A stretch of 64,000 nucleotides of DNA from a bacterium (lineage in GTDB: Bacteria > SAR324 > NAC60-12), in the NCBI GenBank assembly GCA_965205865.1, contig CBDBHR010000028.1:448001-512000 (forward strand). Reading direction: 5' to 3'. Position numbers and translations under genes: made by a program. Positions 47,696 to 57,757 of this stretch are shown here, one piece after another; the first letter of the stretch is position 1; the number at the start of each line of letters is the position of its first letter. A model generated the notes under the pieces. The model searched no databases and was not told where the DNA came from. It saw only the letters and a program-made list of their open reading frames with translations.

Positions 47696-49870
47696 ATGAG
47701 AAGGAATTGGATAATACTGGGGTTGGTAGGAATAGCATTGGGGCTAATTTACTTGGAAAAAGCATCCCTCGCTTCTCCAGGAATTTCATGGAAAGAGGTA
47801 AAGCAAATTGATCTTTCCTCGTTCACGTTTCAGAGAGAAACCCTTCAAAACGTGATTCGGGGTTTTATCGATCAATATGCCGTCAGTCCTGAAAAAATTT
47901 TAGTTACTCCTTCCATTTCTGATAGTTTTTCCACATTTCAGTTAAACGCCACTTCTGTTGATACGGCATTTCAATGGTTGCTCACCCGCTATGAACTGGC
48001 AGTGTTTTTTCAGGACAATCGATGGTTGATTCTTCCAAAAAATGAAATTTGGCAGTATCAGCCTTATTACAAGTTAATACCTTCTTCACTGTCACTGGAG
48101 CAGATACTGGATGATTTATCAAGGACAGGTCAGATAACAATTTTATTTGACAGAATTCAGATTCGACCCATCCAGGTACAGCGAAATTTGATTTATCCAA
48201 CGGTAGAAGCAGCACTCAAAGATTTGGCTCAGCAATTCAGATGGTTTATCCAGTATGATTCCCATTTTCATACAATCCGTATTATGGAGGAAAAGCTCGT
48301 TCAAACTGAGAGTATCTTATTGGTGCATATTAGACAGCGGCAGGTCGAAGAATTTTTTGAGGTAGCCGTCCCCTTATTTCAAGATTTACAGCAAGTCCAA
48401 ATTTTTTTTCCTGCAAATCACATTTTGATGTTAAAAGGACAAAAGCAAGAGATTGAAACAATTTTTACCGCAGTGAAACAATTGGACCAAGCACCCCAGG
48501 TATCCTCACTTACCAGTGATTATCATTTTGAAGCTATTGCGCTCCAATCGATGGCCTATGAGGACATAAAACAACATCTGCAAACCGTGTTTCAACAAAA
48601 TCCACATCTTCAAAGTCAACTGTCTCTCAAATGGCAGGTAGAAACATCCGACACCTCCAGTCACTTTGCAGTGGTTTCGCTTTACGGGAAAAAATCTGGC
48701 GTAGAAAAAGTGGCTGATATCATTAGTAAATTGGATCAAACTTTTTTGTTGCGCCATACCTCGGTTATTGACCGCGTGGATCTGGATTATTTGCATGTTA
48801 ACACAAGAAAAATTATCAGTGAAGGAGAGGCTGTTACAAATGAAGGAGCGGAATCAAAGCTCAGGCAGTTTTTACAAGAACTGATTCTGGAGGAAGGCAA
48901 AAAAAATCAATCGATTCACATGATCCCTGATTTTATCGGTAATTCCATAATCCTGGAGGGAACTCCCGAACAAGTGGAAAGAGCTAAACAAGTATTTGAA
49001 ATCTGGGATAAACCTCAACCACTTATCCAAATTGAAGCACATATTTTTGAAACATCCGATACGGTTTCTCGTGAGTTAGGCGTGCAATTCAGTGCTCAGG
49101 GGATTGCCAGCGGAGCAGATGCGCCCAATGTGGAAAGTGCCGGCGTGTTCACAGCAGGGATAACGTTGGGTCCATTGCAGACCACAGAAGCATTTCAGGT
49201 GGATACCTTGCTTCGATTCATGGAAGCCGAAGGAAGAGGTAGAGTACTTTCAAGGCCAATAGTGGTAACGACTAATAATATTGAAGCAGAAATGAGAAGT
49301 GGCGATATTATCAATGTCAAGGTCGTGATCGACAATCAACCAACTCTCAAGGAAATCAAAACAGGGGTGATTTTAAGGGTAACCCCACGCCTCATCGGGG
49401 AAGCAGGGGAAGAAGACAATAGAATCCGATTGAATATTTTTGCGGAAAGCAGCACTCCTATCGGTGAAACAGTCGACGATATCCCACGAATCAATAGTCA
49501 GTCTGCACGGAGCGAAGTGGTAGTTCGTAATGGAGAACCATTTTTGTTGGGAGGGTTGATTCGTACTAACTCCAGTGAATCTGACAGAGGTATTCCCTTG
49601 CTAAAAGATATTCCTTTATTGGGGTATTTCTTCAAAACAGAATCTATCAGTGATCGTTTTAATCATATCTTGGTCTTCGTTACTCCAACTTTGGTTTCGA
49701 TGGATCAAGAAATAAACTTGCCGGATTTTTCAGAATTGGAAGAGATGCTTCAATTGGAATCATTGGATTCCCTTTCAGTGGATCAAGAAATAACGTTACC
49801 GGATTTTTCAGAATTGGAAGAAAGACCCCTGTTAGAAACCTTGGAACCCCTTCCGGAAGAAAGCAAATAA
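47696..49870 (+). CDS. secretin (GspD/PilQ-like outer-membrane channel)
   Basis: N-terminal anchor, repeated N domains, D.P...IQIEA.I.E, LSRP.VVT.NN..A, G..L.VTP, G....LGGL, IPLLKDIPLLGYFFK, LVFVTP. Confidence 0.9.
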   Translation: MRRNWIILGLVGIALGLIYLEKASLASPGISWKEVKQIDLSSFTFQRETLQNVIRGFIDQYAVSPEKILVTPSISDSFSTFQLNATSVDTAFQWLLTRYELAVFFQDNRWLILPKNEIWQYQPYYKLIPSSLSLEQILDDLSRTGQITILFDRIQIRPIQVQRNLIYPTVEAALKDLAQQFRWFIQYDSHFHTIRIMEEKLVQTESILLVHIRQRQVEEFFEVAVPLFQDLQQVQIFFPANHILMLKGQKQEIETIFTAVKQLDQAPQVSSLTSDYHFEAIALQSMAYEDIKQHLQTVFQQNPHLQSQLSLKWQVETSDTSSHFAVVSLYGKKSGVEKVADIISKLDQTFLLRHTSVIDRVDLDYLHVNTRKIISEGEAVTNEGAESKLRQFLQELILEEGKKNQSIHMIPDFIGNSIILEGTPEQVERAKQVFEIWDKPQPLIQIEAHIFETSDTVSRELGVQFSAQGIASGADAPNVESAGVFTAGITLGPLQTTEAFQVDTLLRFMEAEGRGRVLSRPIVVTTNNIEAEMRSGDIINVKVVIDNQPTLKEIKTGVILRVTPRLIGEAGEEDNRIRLNIFAESSTPIGETVDDIPRINSQSARSEVVVRNGEPFLLGGLIRTNSSESDRGIPLLKDIPLLGYFFKTESISDRFNHILVFVTPTLVSMDQEINLPDFSELEEMLQLESLDSLSVDQEITLPDFSELEERPLLETLEPLPEESK
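49695..49852 (+). repeat. 78-bp in-frame duplication in the secretin C-terminus
   Basis: SMDQEINLPDFSELEEMLQLESLDSL / SVDQEITLPDFSELEERPLLETLEPL. Confidence 0.9.
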
Positions 49871-49965
49871 ATCCGATTTGCTTTGAAAGATTTTGCATTT
49901 AGTTCGAGACTTGAGTCGAGGAATCCTCTCAATATTTACAGGAAAACAGGATCAGAGTAGTTGTC

Positions 49966-50379
49966 ATGTCTTCCGGACCTATAGAACCGTTTGATCAAAG
50001 CGAATATCAATCACGCAAAAAGCGGGAAAAATGTCTGGCTTGGATTTTTATGATTCTGGGAGGGATAGTTATGATAAACAGTTCCTCTCCTGTCCCAATT
50101 CCTATGATGGGAATTTCTTCCATTTTGTTGGGAGGCGCCTTGCTTGCTTATGGCTATTATCAGTTCAAAATTTTTCACAAGCTTCCTTTACATGATGCGC
50201 TACAGTACGCTCATTTCCTGGATAAAAACTTTACGAAAACCGACTTGTTCCTCACGTTTAAACTATCTCCTGAGAAAATAGACGATTTGGTCCGGGAATT
50301 GATTCAAAATGGTTTCATTGAGCCAGTAGATAGTGAACTCCCACCCGAATCGGACATACAGTACCGTGTGATCCATTAA
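49966..50379 (+). CDS. hypothetical membrane protein
   Basis: Two hydrophobic segments then a winged-helix-like tail (L.EL.QNGFIE). Confidence 0.65.
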   Translation: MSSGPIEPFDQSEYQSRKKREKCLAWIFMILGGIVMINSSSPVPIPMMGISSILLGGALLAYGYYQFKIFHKLPLHDALQYAHFLDKNFTKTDLFLTFKLSPEKIDDLVRELIQNGFIEPVDSELPPESDIQYRVIH

Positions 50380-50389
50380 TAGCCCCTCC

Positions 50390-51478
50390 ATGGATTTTGC
50401 ATCAATGCTGAAATTGAAATTCTCTTGGAAAACGGTTCCTTTTTTTGTTGTTTTATTGTTTCTGTCATTGATTTACGAGACGATAGTTTTAATACGGTTG
50501 GCTATGTATAAGAAAGGGTTCCTACAAGCAAAAAAAGCTGAAGTCTCGATCATCTCAGTGGGAAATCTCACTGTAGGAGGCACCGGAAAAACACCAATGG
50601 TCGATTTTCTGGTTAGGGAATTGAAACAGATGGGAGTCCACACTGCAATTTTAAGTAGAGGATATGGTAATCACACTCAGTCCTCACTGCAAAGAATTCT
50701 CATATCTGAAAAAATTCTCAATACACCGTTCACCTGTGGCGACGAGCCTTATTTGCTGGCTTCCAGAAATCCTTCAGTTCCTGTTTATATAGGACGTAAC
50801 CGGAAATTGTCATCAATTCTCGCGCAGCTTTGGGATCATCCTCAAATGCTTGTGTTGGACGATGGCTATCAGCATTTGCAACTACAACGGGATCTCAACC
50901 TGCTTTTGATCGATGCTGAGCAGGGATTGGGCAACGGGTGTCTCCTGCCATTGGGAGAGCTAAGGGAACCTGCGCATCATTGGCAAAGAGCAGATGCAAT
51001 TATTTTGACAAAAAGCAATCTGGGATTCTCGGATCGAGTACTTCACCAACTTCATAATCAACAAAACATTACTTGTCCCGTATTTAAATTCAATTACGCA
51101 CCTTTTGGTTTAAGACGTCTCGACCGGCAAGAAAACCTGGATTTAGCTGTTCTGCCAAAAAAACGGGTTCTATTGAGTTGTGGCATTGCTCAGCCAGAAG
51201 GATTTACATTGGTTTTGAAGCAGTTGAATGCCGAAGTAGTGGACATGATCTCCTTTGATGACCACTATATCTATTCGCCCCATAAGATAAATTCACTACT
51301 GCAGTATAAACAGAAAATAAATCCGGATTTTTGGATTACTACCGAAAAAGATGCGGTCAAGCTGCAGCAGTTTTCTGATTTGGCAAATGAAGTCTGGGTG
51401 ATGGAAATGCAAATCATACCAGACCCTTACTGGCAAGAATTCTTTATTGATTTTTTAAAGCGAATCGAGTTAAAATGA
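50390..51478 (+). CDS. lpxK: tetraacyldisaccharide 4'-kinase
   Basis: ISVGNLTVGGTGKTP, LSRGYG, GDEP, LDDGYQH, LLP.G.LRE, TTEKDAVK. Confidence 0.97.
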   Translation: MDFASMLKLKFSWKTVPFFVVLLFLSLIYETIVLIRLAMYKKGFLQAKKAEVSIISVGNLTVGGTGKTPMVDFLVRELKQMGVHTAILSRGYGNHTQSSLQRILISEKILNTPFTCGDEPYLLASRNPSVPVYIGRNRKLSSILAQLWDHPQMLVLDDGYQHLQLQRDLNLLLIDAEQGLGNGCLLPLGELREPAHHWQRADAIILTKSNLGFSDRVLHQLHNQQNITCPVFKFNYAPFGLRRLDRQENLDLAVLPKKRVLLSCGIAQPEGFTLVLKQLNAEVVDMISFDDHYIYSPHKINSLLQYKQKINPDFWITTEKDAVKLQQFSDLANEVWVMEMQIIPDPYWQEFFIDFLKRIELK

Positions 51479-51544
51479 GCTACTCATGGAATTGATAATC
51501 TATAATCGGATTTGTATCTATCTGTTTGAAATTATAAAGGGGAA

Positions 51545-52063
51545 ATGACTTTACTCACTGTTTACGCGTTCCCGGATTCTATATTGAAACAGATCGCAAA
51601 ACCCATTGAAGTGTTTGATCGGGATCTGGAAAATTTAGCAGATAATATGCTGAATACGATGTATGCTTCCAATGGTATCGGCTTGGCAGCCAATCAAGTT
51701 GGAATTCTGAAACGAATCGTGGTGGTTGATGTTTTCAGTGGTAATGAAGACCAGTCCACTCTGGAACCTCAAGTTTTTGTCAATCCTGAAATTATTGAAG
51801 AATCAGGAGAAGTAGTGACTGAAGAAGGTTGTTTGAGTGTCACTGATTTCAGAGCAGAAGTCAAAAGGGCAGAACAGATCAATCTGAAGTATCAGGATGT
51901 CCATGGCAATCTTCATCAAGTGGCAACGGAGGGCATCAAAGCCATTTGCATTCAGCACGAACTGGACCATTTGAATGGCATCTTGTTTATCGATCATCTT
52001 CCCATGTTAAAGCAAAACATGGTCAAAAAAAGGTTGATCAAACAAGCTCAGAAAACTGTATGA
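51545..52063 (+). CDS. def: peptide deformylase
   Basis: GIGLAANQVG, EGCLS, QHELDHLNG. Confidence 0.98.
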   Translation: MTLLTVYAFPDSILKQIAKPIEVFDRDLENLADNMLNTMYASNGIGLAANQVGILKRIVVVDVFSGNEDQSTLEPQVFVNPEIIEESGEVVTEEGCLSVTDFRAEVKRAEQINLKYQDVHGNLHQVATEGIKAICIQHELDHLNGILFIDHLPMLKQNMVKKRLIKQAQKTV

Positions 52064-52554
52064 ACCCCAGTATGTCGATTCCGATTCGAAATTTCTATTT
52101 TTTACTTGTTTTTTATGCGGGCTTCACTCTCTTTTGTTCCAGCTTCATTGCCATCGCCCAAGAGGGTGCCCATTCGATTCAATATACACATGCCAAAGTG
52201 ATTACCCCCCAAGGCACTTCAATTGAAGTCGAGATTGCAGATACAATAGAAAAACGTAGACTCGGTTTGAGTTTTCGTACGCAGTTGCCACACGGAAAAG
52301 GAATGCTTTTTATTTTCAACGACAAAAAGAAACATTCCTTCTGGATGAAAAATATGCTCATCCCTCTCGATATTTTATGGATGGATAATCATCGCATTGT
52401 TCACATTGAACATGCCACCGCTCCTCTTCTTCAGAATGAAACCCCCCGTGCTGTTGTCCCTGATAAAAAAGCTAATTTTGTGCTGGAAATTGCGGCAGGT
52501 CAAGCCAAGGTATTGAATCTCAAAGTTGGACAAAAGCTCAAATATCAGTTTTGA
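52060..52554 (+). CDS. DUF192 family protein
   Basis: VEIADT...R.LGL.FR..L....GMLF.F, FWMKN..IPLDI, VLEI.AG. Confidence 0.92.
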   Translation: MNPSMSIPIRNFYFLLVFYAGFTLFCSSFIAIAQEGAHSIQYTHAKVITPQGTSIEVEIADTIEKRRLGLSFRTQLPHGKGMLFIFNDKKKHSFWMKNMLIPLDILWMDNHRIVHIEHATAPLLQNETPRAVVPDKKANFVLEIAAGQAKVLNLKVGQKLKYQF

Positions 52555-52566
52555 AGAAAAGTTCAA

Positions 52567-54444
52567 TCATGCGTAATATAACCTCTGAAGAGCATCTTCG
52601 AGGATCTCGTAACCATTTTGAGTGAGAATGGATTCTGCATGAAATTGAATACCAATGAACTGTTCGGATCTCAACGCATGAATTTCCTTATTTTCCACAT
52701 CGTATGAGATTTCCAATCCTGGAATGGGTCTCTCATATTTTCCAGCAAAAGTATTATAAAATCCTACCTGCTGCAGTTGACCAAATAAATCAATCTTTTC
52801 CTGAGTGCCTTGAAAAGGAGTCTGTTTTTTAACCACTTCAAAGCCTAAAACTTTGCAAAGGATTTGATGTCCCAAACAAACGGACATGAATTTTCTCTTT
52901 GAAGCAAGTAGCTGTTGAGTCAGTTCAAAATTGATCTTCATTTTCGGAAGGTCCAATTCATTGGGATTACCAGGTCCAGGTCCCACAATGACAAGGTCTG
53001 CATCGTCTGCTTCCACGTTGTATTCAGAAAATCGCACCACGCGTGCTGTCGCTCCCATTCGATTGATCATATGCCGCATCATCAGACAGAAATCATCCTC
53101 ATTGTCGGTGATGGTAATTTTATAGTTTGAAAAAATTTTCAGATCAGAAGCATCGGTCTGGTCAAAAAACCAGAATTTGGAAAGAAATTGATTGCGTCGC
53201 TGCATGACAATCTGAATTTCATCATCTCCCGCGAAATAAGGCAAAAAGGCTACCGGCGTTTGAGAAGGTGGATTCTCGATGTTTTCCAGCATTGCCCCGA
53301 TTTTAGCTGCTGTTTCTTTGACCTCTTCCGATGGCACAGAGTCTCTGACCAGAGTCGCTCCGACTTGCAAAACCAATGCGCCTCCCATGTCGATTTCAAC
53401 AGTCCTGATCGTGATGGGGCTGTCGAGAGTATCATCGCCATCCTCATCACGACCAATCAATGCCAAGGCGCTTGCATAATAGCTCCGGGATTCATTTTCA
53501 TGTTTATGGATGATTTTACAGGCGTTTTCCAGGGGACTACCAGTGACTGTAGCCGCATACATGGAGTCCTTGAGCAATTCGATGATATCAAGATTGCTTT
53601 TGCCGACCAACAGATATTCTGTATGAATCAGCTTGGACATTTCTTTTAAGATAGGTCCTACGACCATGCCCCCTTCTTCACAAAAACGAGCCATCATTTT
53701 CAGTTCTTCGTCCACCACCATGAACAATTCATTGATTTCTTTTTGATCGTTTAAAAATCGAAGAAGGTCTGCTTTGAATACCGTGCGGCTGATTTTCTCT
53801 TTCTTTTTTCGGAACGTCCCACTGATGGGGTTCATTTTGACCTGTTTTTTAAAAACGGAGATATGCCGCTCGGGAGTGGCACCAATGAAGTATTGTTCGC
53901 CATTGAAAAAAATAAATTTCCAATAACTTCCCATCTCGTTTTGAAGCAGATTCTTATAAAGGCTCAACGCTTTCGTCAGATGCATGTCAATGATTTGAGC
54001 TTTTCCTTTTCGCGGAATGACAAAATTCGCCCCTTCTCCATTGCCGATCTCATCTTCTACAATGGTCCTGATGATCTTTTCATACTCTGCAGATGAATAA
54101 TTATACCGAACCCCTTTTTTCAGAGAAATTGCTTCACTGGGAAGGATATTGATTAAATCTTCCAGAGCAATTCGGGTTTGAGTATGAATTTGGATACATA
54201 AAATTTTTTCTCCCGCATCGTGGACCTGATATTGTCGTTCTCTCAATTGACAAAACGGGATCAGGCTGATGGTATCATAAACCTCTCCCTGAGGAACTTC
54301 CCCGGTTTTTCTTGGGATTTCGGAAAGCCACTCCAGAGAAATTGCCTCTCCCTCGAGAATCAAGGCTTCTTCCTCGATTTGCTTTTTGATAATGGCAAAA
54401 GGCTTTTCGAAGTTAAATTTGGTCAATTGGTATAAATGGCTCAT
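52567..54444 (-). CDS. fused chorismate aminase (MST) + glutamine amidotransferase, PhzE-like anthranilate/ADIC synthase
   Basis: EIG.GEGANFVI, GATPERH, MNPISGT, EL.MVVDEELKMM, GP.LKEM..L.HTEY, TVTGSPLE.AC; GATase GPGPG.P, VCLGHQ, QFHAES. Confidence 0.9.
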   Translation of the reverse strand: MSHLYQLTKFNFEKPFAIIKKQIEEEALILEGEAISLEWLSEIPRKTGEVPQGEVYDTISLIPFCQLRERQYQVHDAGEKILCIQIHTQTRIALEDLINILPSEAISLKKGVRYNYSSAEYEKIIRTIVEDEIGNGEGANFVIPRKGKAQIIDMHLTKALSLYKNLLQNEMGSYWKFIFFNGEQYFIGATPERHISVFKKQVKMNPISGTFRKKKEKISRTVFKADLLRFLNDQKEINELFMVVDEELKMMARFCEEGGMVVGPILKEMSKLIHTEYLLVGKSNLDIIELLKDSMYAATVTGSPLENACKIIHKHENESRSYYASALALIGRDEDGDDTLDSPITIRTVEIDMGGALVLQVGATLVRDSVPSEEVKETAAKIGAMLENIENPPSQTPVAFLPYFAGDDEIQIVMQRRNQFLSKFWFFDQTDASDLKIFSNYKITITDNEDDFCLMMRHMINRMGATARVVRFSEYNVEADDADLVIVGPGPGNPNELDLPKMKINFELTQQLLASKRKFMSVCLGHQILCKVLGFEVVKKQTPFQGTQEKIDLFGQLQQVGFYNTFAGKYERPIPGLEISYDVENKEIHALRSEQFIGIQFHAESILTQNGYEILEDALQRLYYA

Positions 54445-54472
54445 GGAGTCCGATTTTAAAATGCTTGTCGAT

Positions 54473-55690
54473 TTATTGCTGACTGGTCAAATCCAAAGAA
54501 GATTTTAAAAATTCTTTGCGTGCAATCAAAAGGAAGACGCGTCCGGAATGCTGCATATGCCCTGCCGTCAATTCTGCAATTTGACCATGTCCCCAAAAAA
54601 TATCCCCACGACCGTGCCCCCGAATGGCACCTCCGGTATCCTGCGTCAGCATGAATCGTGTGAAAGGCTTCAAACCAATTATTTCGTCATTCTCGAAAAG
54701 GGGAATCTGGGTTGTCACATAGACCAGACCTCCACGTGGAATAAGTTTGCGGTCCATGGCGATAGAGCGTCCCGCAGTCAAGGGAACTTCCATATACCCC
54801 AACGGTCCTTCTTCCACTTCCCGAAAAAACGTGTAACTCGGATTGTAATTCAAAATCCTCCGCACTTCCTGAGGATTATCATACAGGTAATCCTTCAAAG
54901 CCTGCATTGACATTTTCTCGCGAGGAATTTTATCTTCCTGGATTAAAAGTCTGCCAATGGCTCGATACGGATGCCCGTTTTGAGCCGCATAATTGACCCT
55001 TTTAAGATGGCCATCAGGGAGTTGAACCAGACCGGAACCTTGAATTTGCAGAAAAAACAATTCGATGTCATTCTCAACATAAACAAGCGGATCAACTCTT
55101 TCTTGCAAAGAATGTTGATAGACAATCTGTTCACGAGAATCATAGGGGATAAATTGGTGACCTTTGATTTTTCCGAAGATGCGCCGACCTTCCCATTTCT
55201 CACTGAAATCTCCTAAATCCGCGCTGAAGAGATCCGCAGGAGTCGCATAAAGAGGAGTGGGGAATTCATCATTTGGATTCAAACGACCGGACAGAATCGG
55301 CTCGTAATATCCTGTAAAAAACGCAGAATTGTTCGAATTTTTACTTTCAAAAAACAAAAACTTCTTTTGTATTTCCGCAATACGTTGCTCCTCTTGATAT
55401 GTCTGAATGATTTCCAAAAATAAATTGAGAGAGGCTTCCATTTCCCGAGGAGAGTAACGGGTATCCATATAGTGGAATTCAGAGAACTCCGGGATACTTC
55501 GGTAGTAGCGAATAGACTGCTGGATTGCCTGAGACAAACTCTCTACATCCAAATCGTCTTCCCAACTAAAAGCTTGAACCTCGTCTTTCGAAAGAAGCTG
55601 CAGTTCCGGTTCAGGAACGGTTTTACAACTGATCACCGTCAGTATCAGGATAAAAAAAACGATTGTAAAAAAGAAGGAATATTTTTGCAT
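54473..55690 (-). CDS. mltA: membrane-bound lytic murein transglycosylase A
   Basis: Lipobox-like VISC, FTGYYEP, FFLQIQGSG, NGHPY, NPSY.FF, QDTGGAI.G..R.D.FWG.G..A...AG.M. Confidence 0.93.
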   Translation of the reverse strand: MQKYSFFFTIVFFILILTVISCKTVPEPELQLLSKDEVQAFSWEDDLDVESLSQAIQQSIRYYRSIPEFSEFHYMDTRYSPREMEASLNLFLEIIQTYQEEQRIAEIQKKFLFFESKNSNNSAFFTGYYEPILSGRLNPNDEFPTPLYATPADLFSADLGDFSEKWEGRRIFGKIKGHQFIPYDSREQIVYQHSLQERVDPLVYVENDIELFFLQIQGSGLVQLPDGHLKRVNYAAQNGHPYRAIGRLLIQEDKIPREKMSMQALKDYLYDNPQEVRRILNYNPSYTFFREVEEGPLGYMEVPLTAGRSIAMDRKLIPRGGLVYVTTQIPLFENDEIIGLKPFTRFMLTQDTGGAIRGHGRGDIFWGHGQIAELTAGHMQHSGRVFLLIARKEFLKSSLDLTSQQ

Positions 55691-55995
55691 TACGGCTCCG
55701 TTTTCATGTGAAGAGAATAGAAGACATCGGTTTTGAAAGCCATGCCGGGAATTTCAATTTTTAAGGAAATGCAAGTTTTGCTCCAAGCCGTCCGGAGCTG
55801 TATGCGCATACTCCTGCTGTCAAATTTCCAAAGTCCTGAATTTTTCCTTTATATTCATATTTTTATATGCTAAATTTGTGCAGTTTTGATTCTCCTACAT
55901 TGAATGAAAACTACAAGCCGAGTTCTTTGCCTCGGAGTCTTTTACGTATTCCTGAGGTTCTTACTTTTCCATTTTTATATGAAAGGAACATTGCA

Positions 55996-56526
55996 ATGCA
56001 AATGAAACAGATTTACGGAATCGCGGGTGGCTTGCTAATGGCCGGCTCCGCGTTCGCTGGCGGTAACGCCTTTGAAATCACTGTGACAAATGACATGTCC
56101 GAAGAGTTGCTCGCCCCTATTGTCGTTACAAGCGCAAGAAATGACGATCATTTCTTCGATGGTGAATATGTCACCAAGGCGGCCGAGCATCAAATTCTCA
56201 CGGGTGATCCGGCTATGGTGCTCGAATCGATCGGAGATGGCGGTGCTGCGGTCGGCCATGGGTCCGATGGACCTCCGGGAGTGCTGCTTGCGCCCGGCAA
56301 ATCCGTTTCTTTCACATTCGAGTCCGAAGCCACTGCCCTGCGCATACTCGCGATGGTCGCACCCACCGCCGTCCCGGACAATTATGTCTCTGCGGTCGCG
56401 GATGCGCATGTTTCCGGTTCCGTGACTGTTTATCTTGTCCGGTTTGATATCGGCCATGATGAAGGGACGATGAAAAACAGTATGGTTGGCGAGAACGCCG
56501 GAACAGTAACGATTACTCGAAAGTAA
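55996..56526 (+). CDS. secreted spondin-domain-like protein
   Basis: Signal peptide ending AFA; FEITVTN.....LAP, GD, LLAPGKS.SF, AMV.PT..PD; AAGGA SD. Confidence 0.6.
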   Translation: MQMKQIYGIAGGLLMAGSAFAGGNAFEITVTNDMSEELLAPIVVTSARNDDHFFDGEYVTKAAEHQILTGDPAMVLESIGDGGAAVGHGSDGPPGVLLAPGKSVSFTFESEATALRILAMVAPTAVPDNYVSAVADAHVSGSVTVYLVRFDIGHDEGTMKNSMVGENAGTVTITRK

Positions 56527-56646
56527 TCAAAATTCCGAGGGGCTGTGGTAGATCCGGGAAGGTCTTCGCTTTAACGTGAGTTCTGGAAAAAAAGTCCTCA
56601 ATTTTATGACTGTGGCTTTTGACGAAGCGATATAAAGAGAAACAAA

Positions 56647-57468
56647 ATGAAACTCAAAGACAAAGTCGTGATTGTAGCCGGGGCTGGCCCGGGGATTGGG
56701 GAAGCCACCGCCAAAATCGCCGCTGAAGAAGGAGCTGATATCGTTGTGGTGGACATCAATGAAACCGAAGCGAAACGCATCGCGGATGATGTGGAAAATA
56801 CCGGTCGTCAAGTGATTGCCATCCAGGCAGATTTGATGGAGGAGGCAGAGTGCCAACGTGTCGTCCGGACCACACTGGACTCCTTCGGAAAGATTGATGG
56901 CTTGGCTAATATTGCGGGAGGGATCGGCAGCATCTGGCTAACGAAAAAGAGCGATGCGTTCCTGGACCTGACCCGCGCCGAGTGGGATCAAGTATTCAAT
57001 CTCAACCTAATGACGTGCTTCTTCATGTGCCAGGCCATTGCCCCTTATTTCATGGAACAAAAATCCGGCAAGATTGTCAACACCTCTTCCATCGCCGCCG
57101 TCAGATATTCGGAGGAATGGATGGCATATGGCTGTTCGAAAGCGGCAGTTTTGCATTTCTCCAAGAGCCTGGCAGTGACGCTGGCTCCTTACAACATCAA
57201 TGTCAACACGCTCCACCCGGGTATCGTTCATACCCCGGGTTTCCATGATAAAACCACAGCGAGCAGGAAAGACCGCCACCCGGAACGGTTTGAAGGATTT
57301 GAGGGAACCGAAGGTGAGTGGTTGGAAAATCATGTAAAATCCATGACCCCGCTGAGACGATCACAGACCCCCGAAGACATGGGCCATATGGTGGCCTTTC
57401 TCCTTTCGGAGGAAGCCAAAAACATCACCGGCCATGCCCACTATGTCGACGGGGGATCCTGTATGTAG
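56647..57468 (+). CDS. SDR family oxidoreductase
   Basis: GAGPGIG, N.AG, GKIVNTSS, YGCSK, NVN.L.PG, ITG....VDGG. Confidence 0.95.
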   Translation: MKLKDKVVIVAGAGPGIGEATAKIAAEEGADIVVVDINETEAKRIADDVENTGRQVIAIQADLMEEAECQRVVRTTLDSFGKIDGLANIAGGIGSIWLTKKSDAFLDLTRAEWDQVFNLNLMTCFFMCQAIAPYFMEQKSGKIVNTSSIAAVRYSEEWMAYGCSKAAVLHFSKSLAVTLAPYNINVNTLHPGIVHTPGFHDKTTASRKDRHPERFEGFEGTEGEWLENHVKSMTPLRRSQTPEDMGHMVAFLLSEEAKNITGHAHYVDGGSCM

Positions 57469-57757
57469 TGGGGGGGGGTTGTCGACTTTGTAAAAAAATG
57501 AATGGGAGACTGCTGCGGGGGTTCCCAAGCTTCTTGCGCCCATATCATGAAACCACGTCCAATCTTCGCTTTTGCGTGATCTTCAATGGGGCAAGCGCAA
57601 TGGGGATTTGTTGGGACTATCCTACTTCTCTTTTTGTTGCTTTTCCATGTATCTCCGGACCTCTTCAAGAGAAAACCTTAACGCTCCACTTCGTTTCCGA
57701 ATAGAAAATTGAAAGTTGAGCAAGTTGCATAATGAAAACCTTGGAATCAGTAGAACC

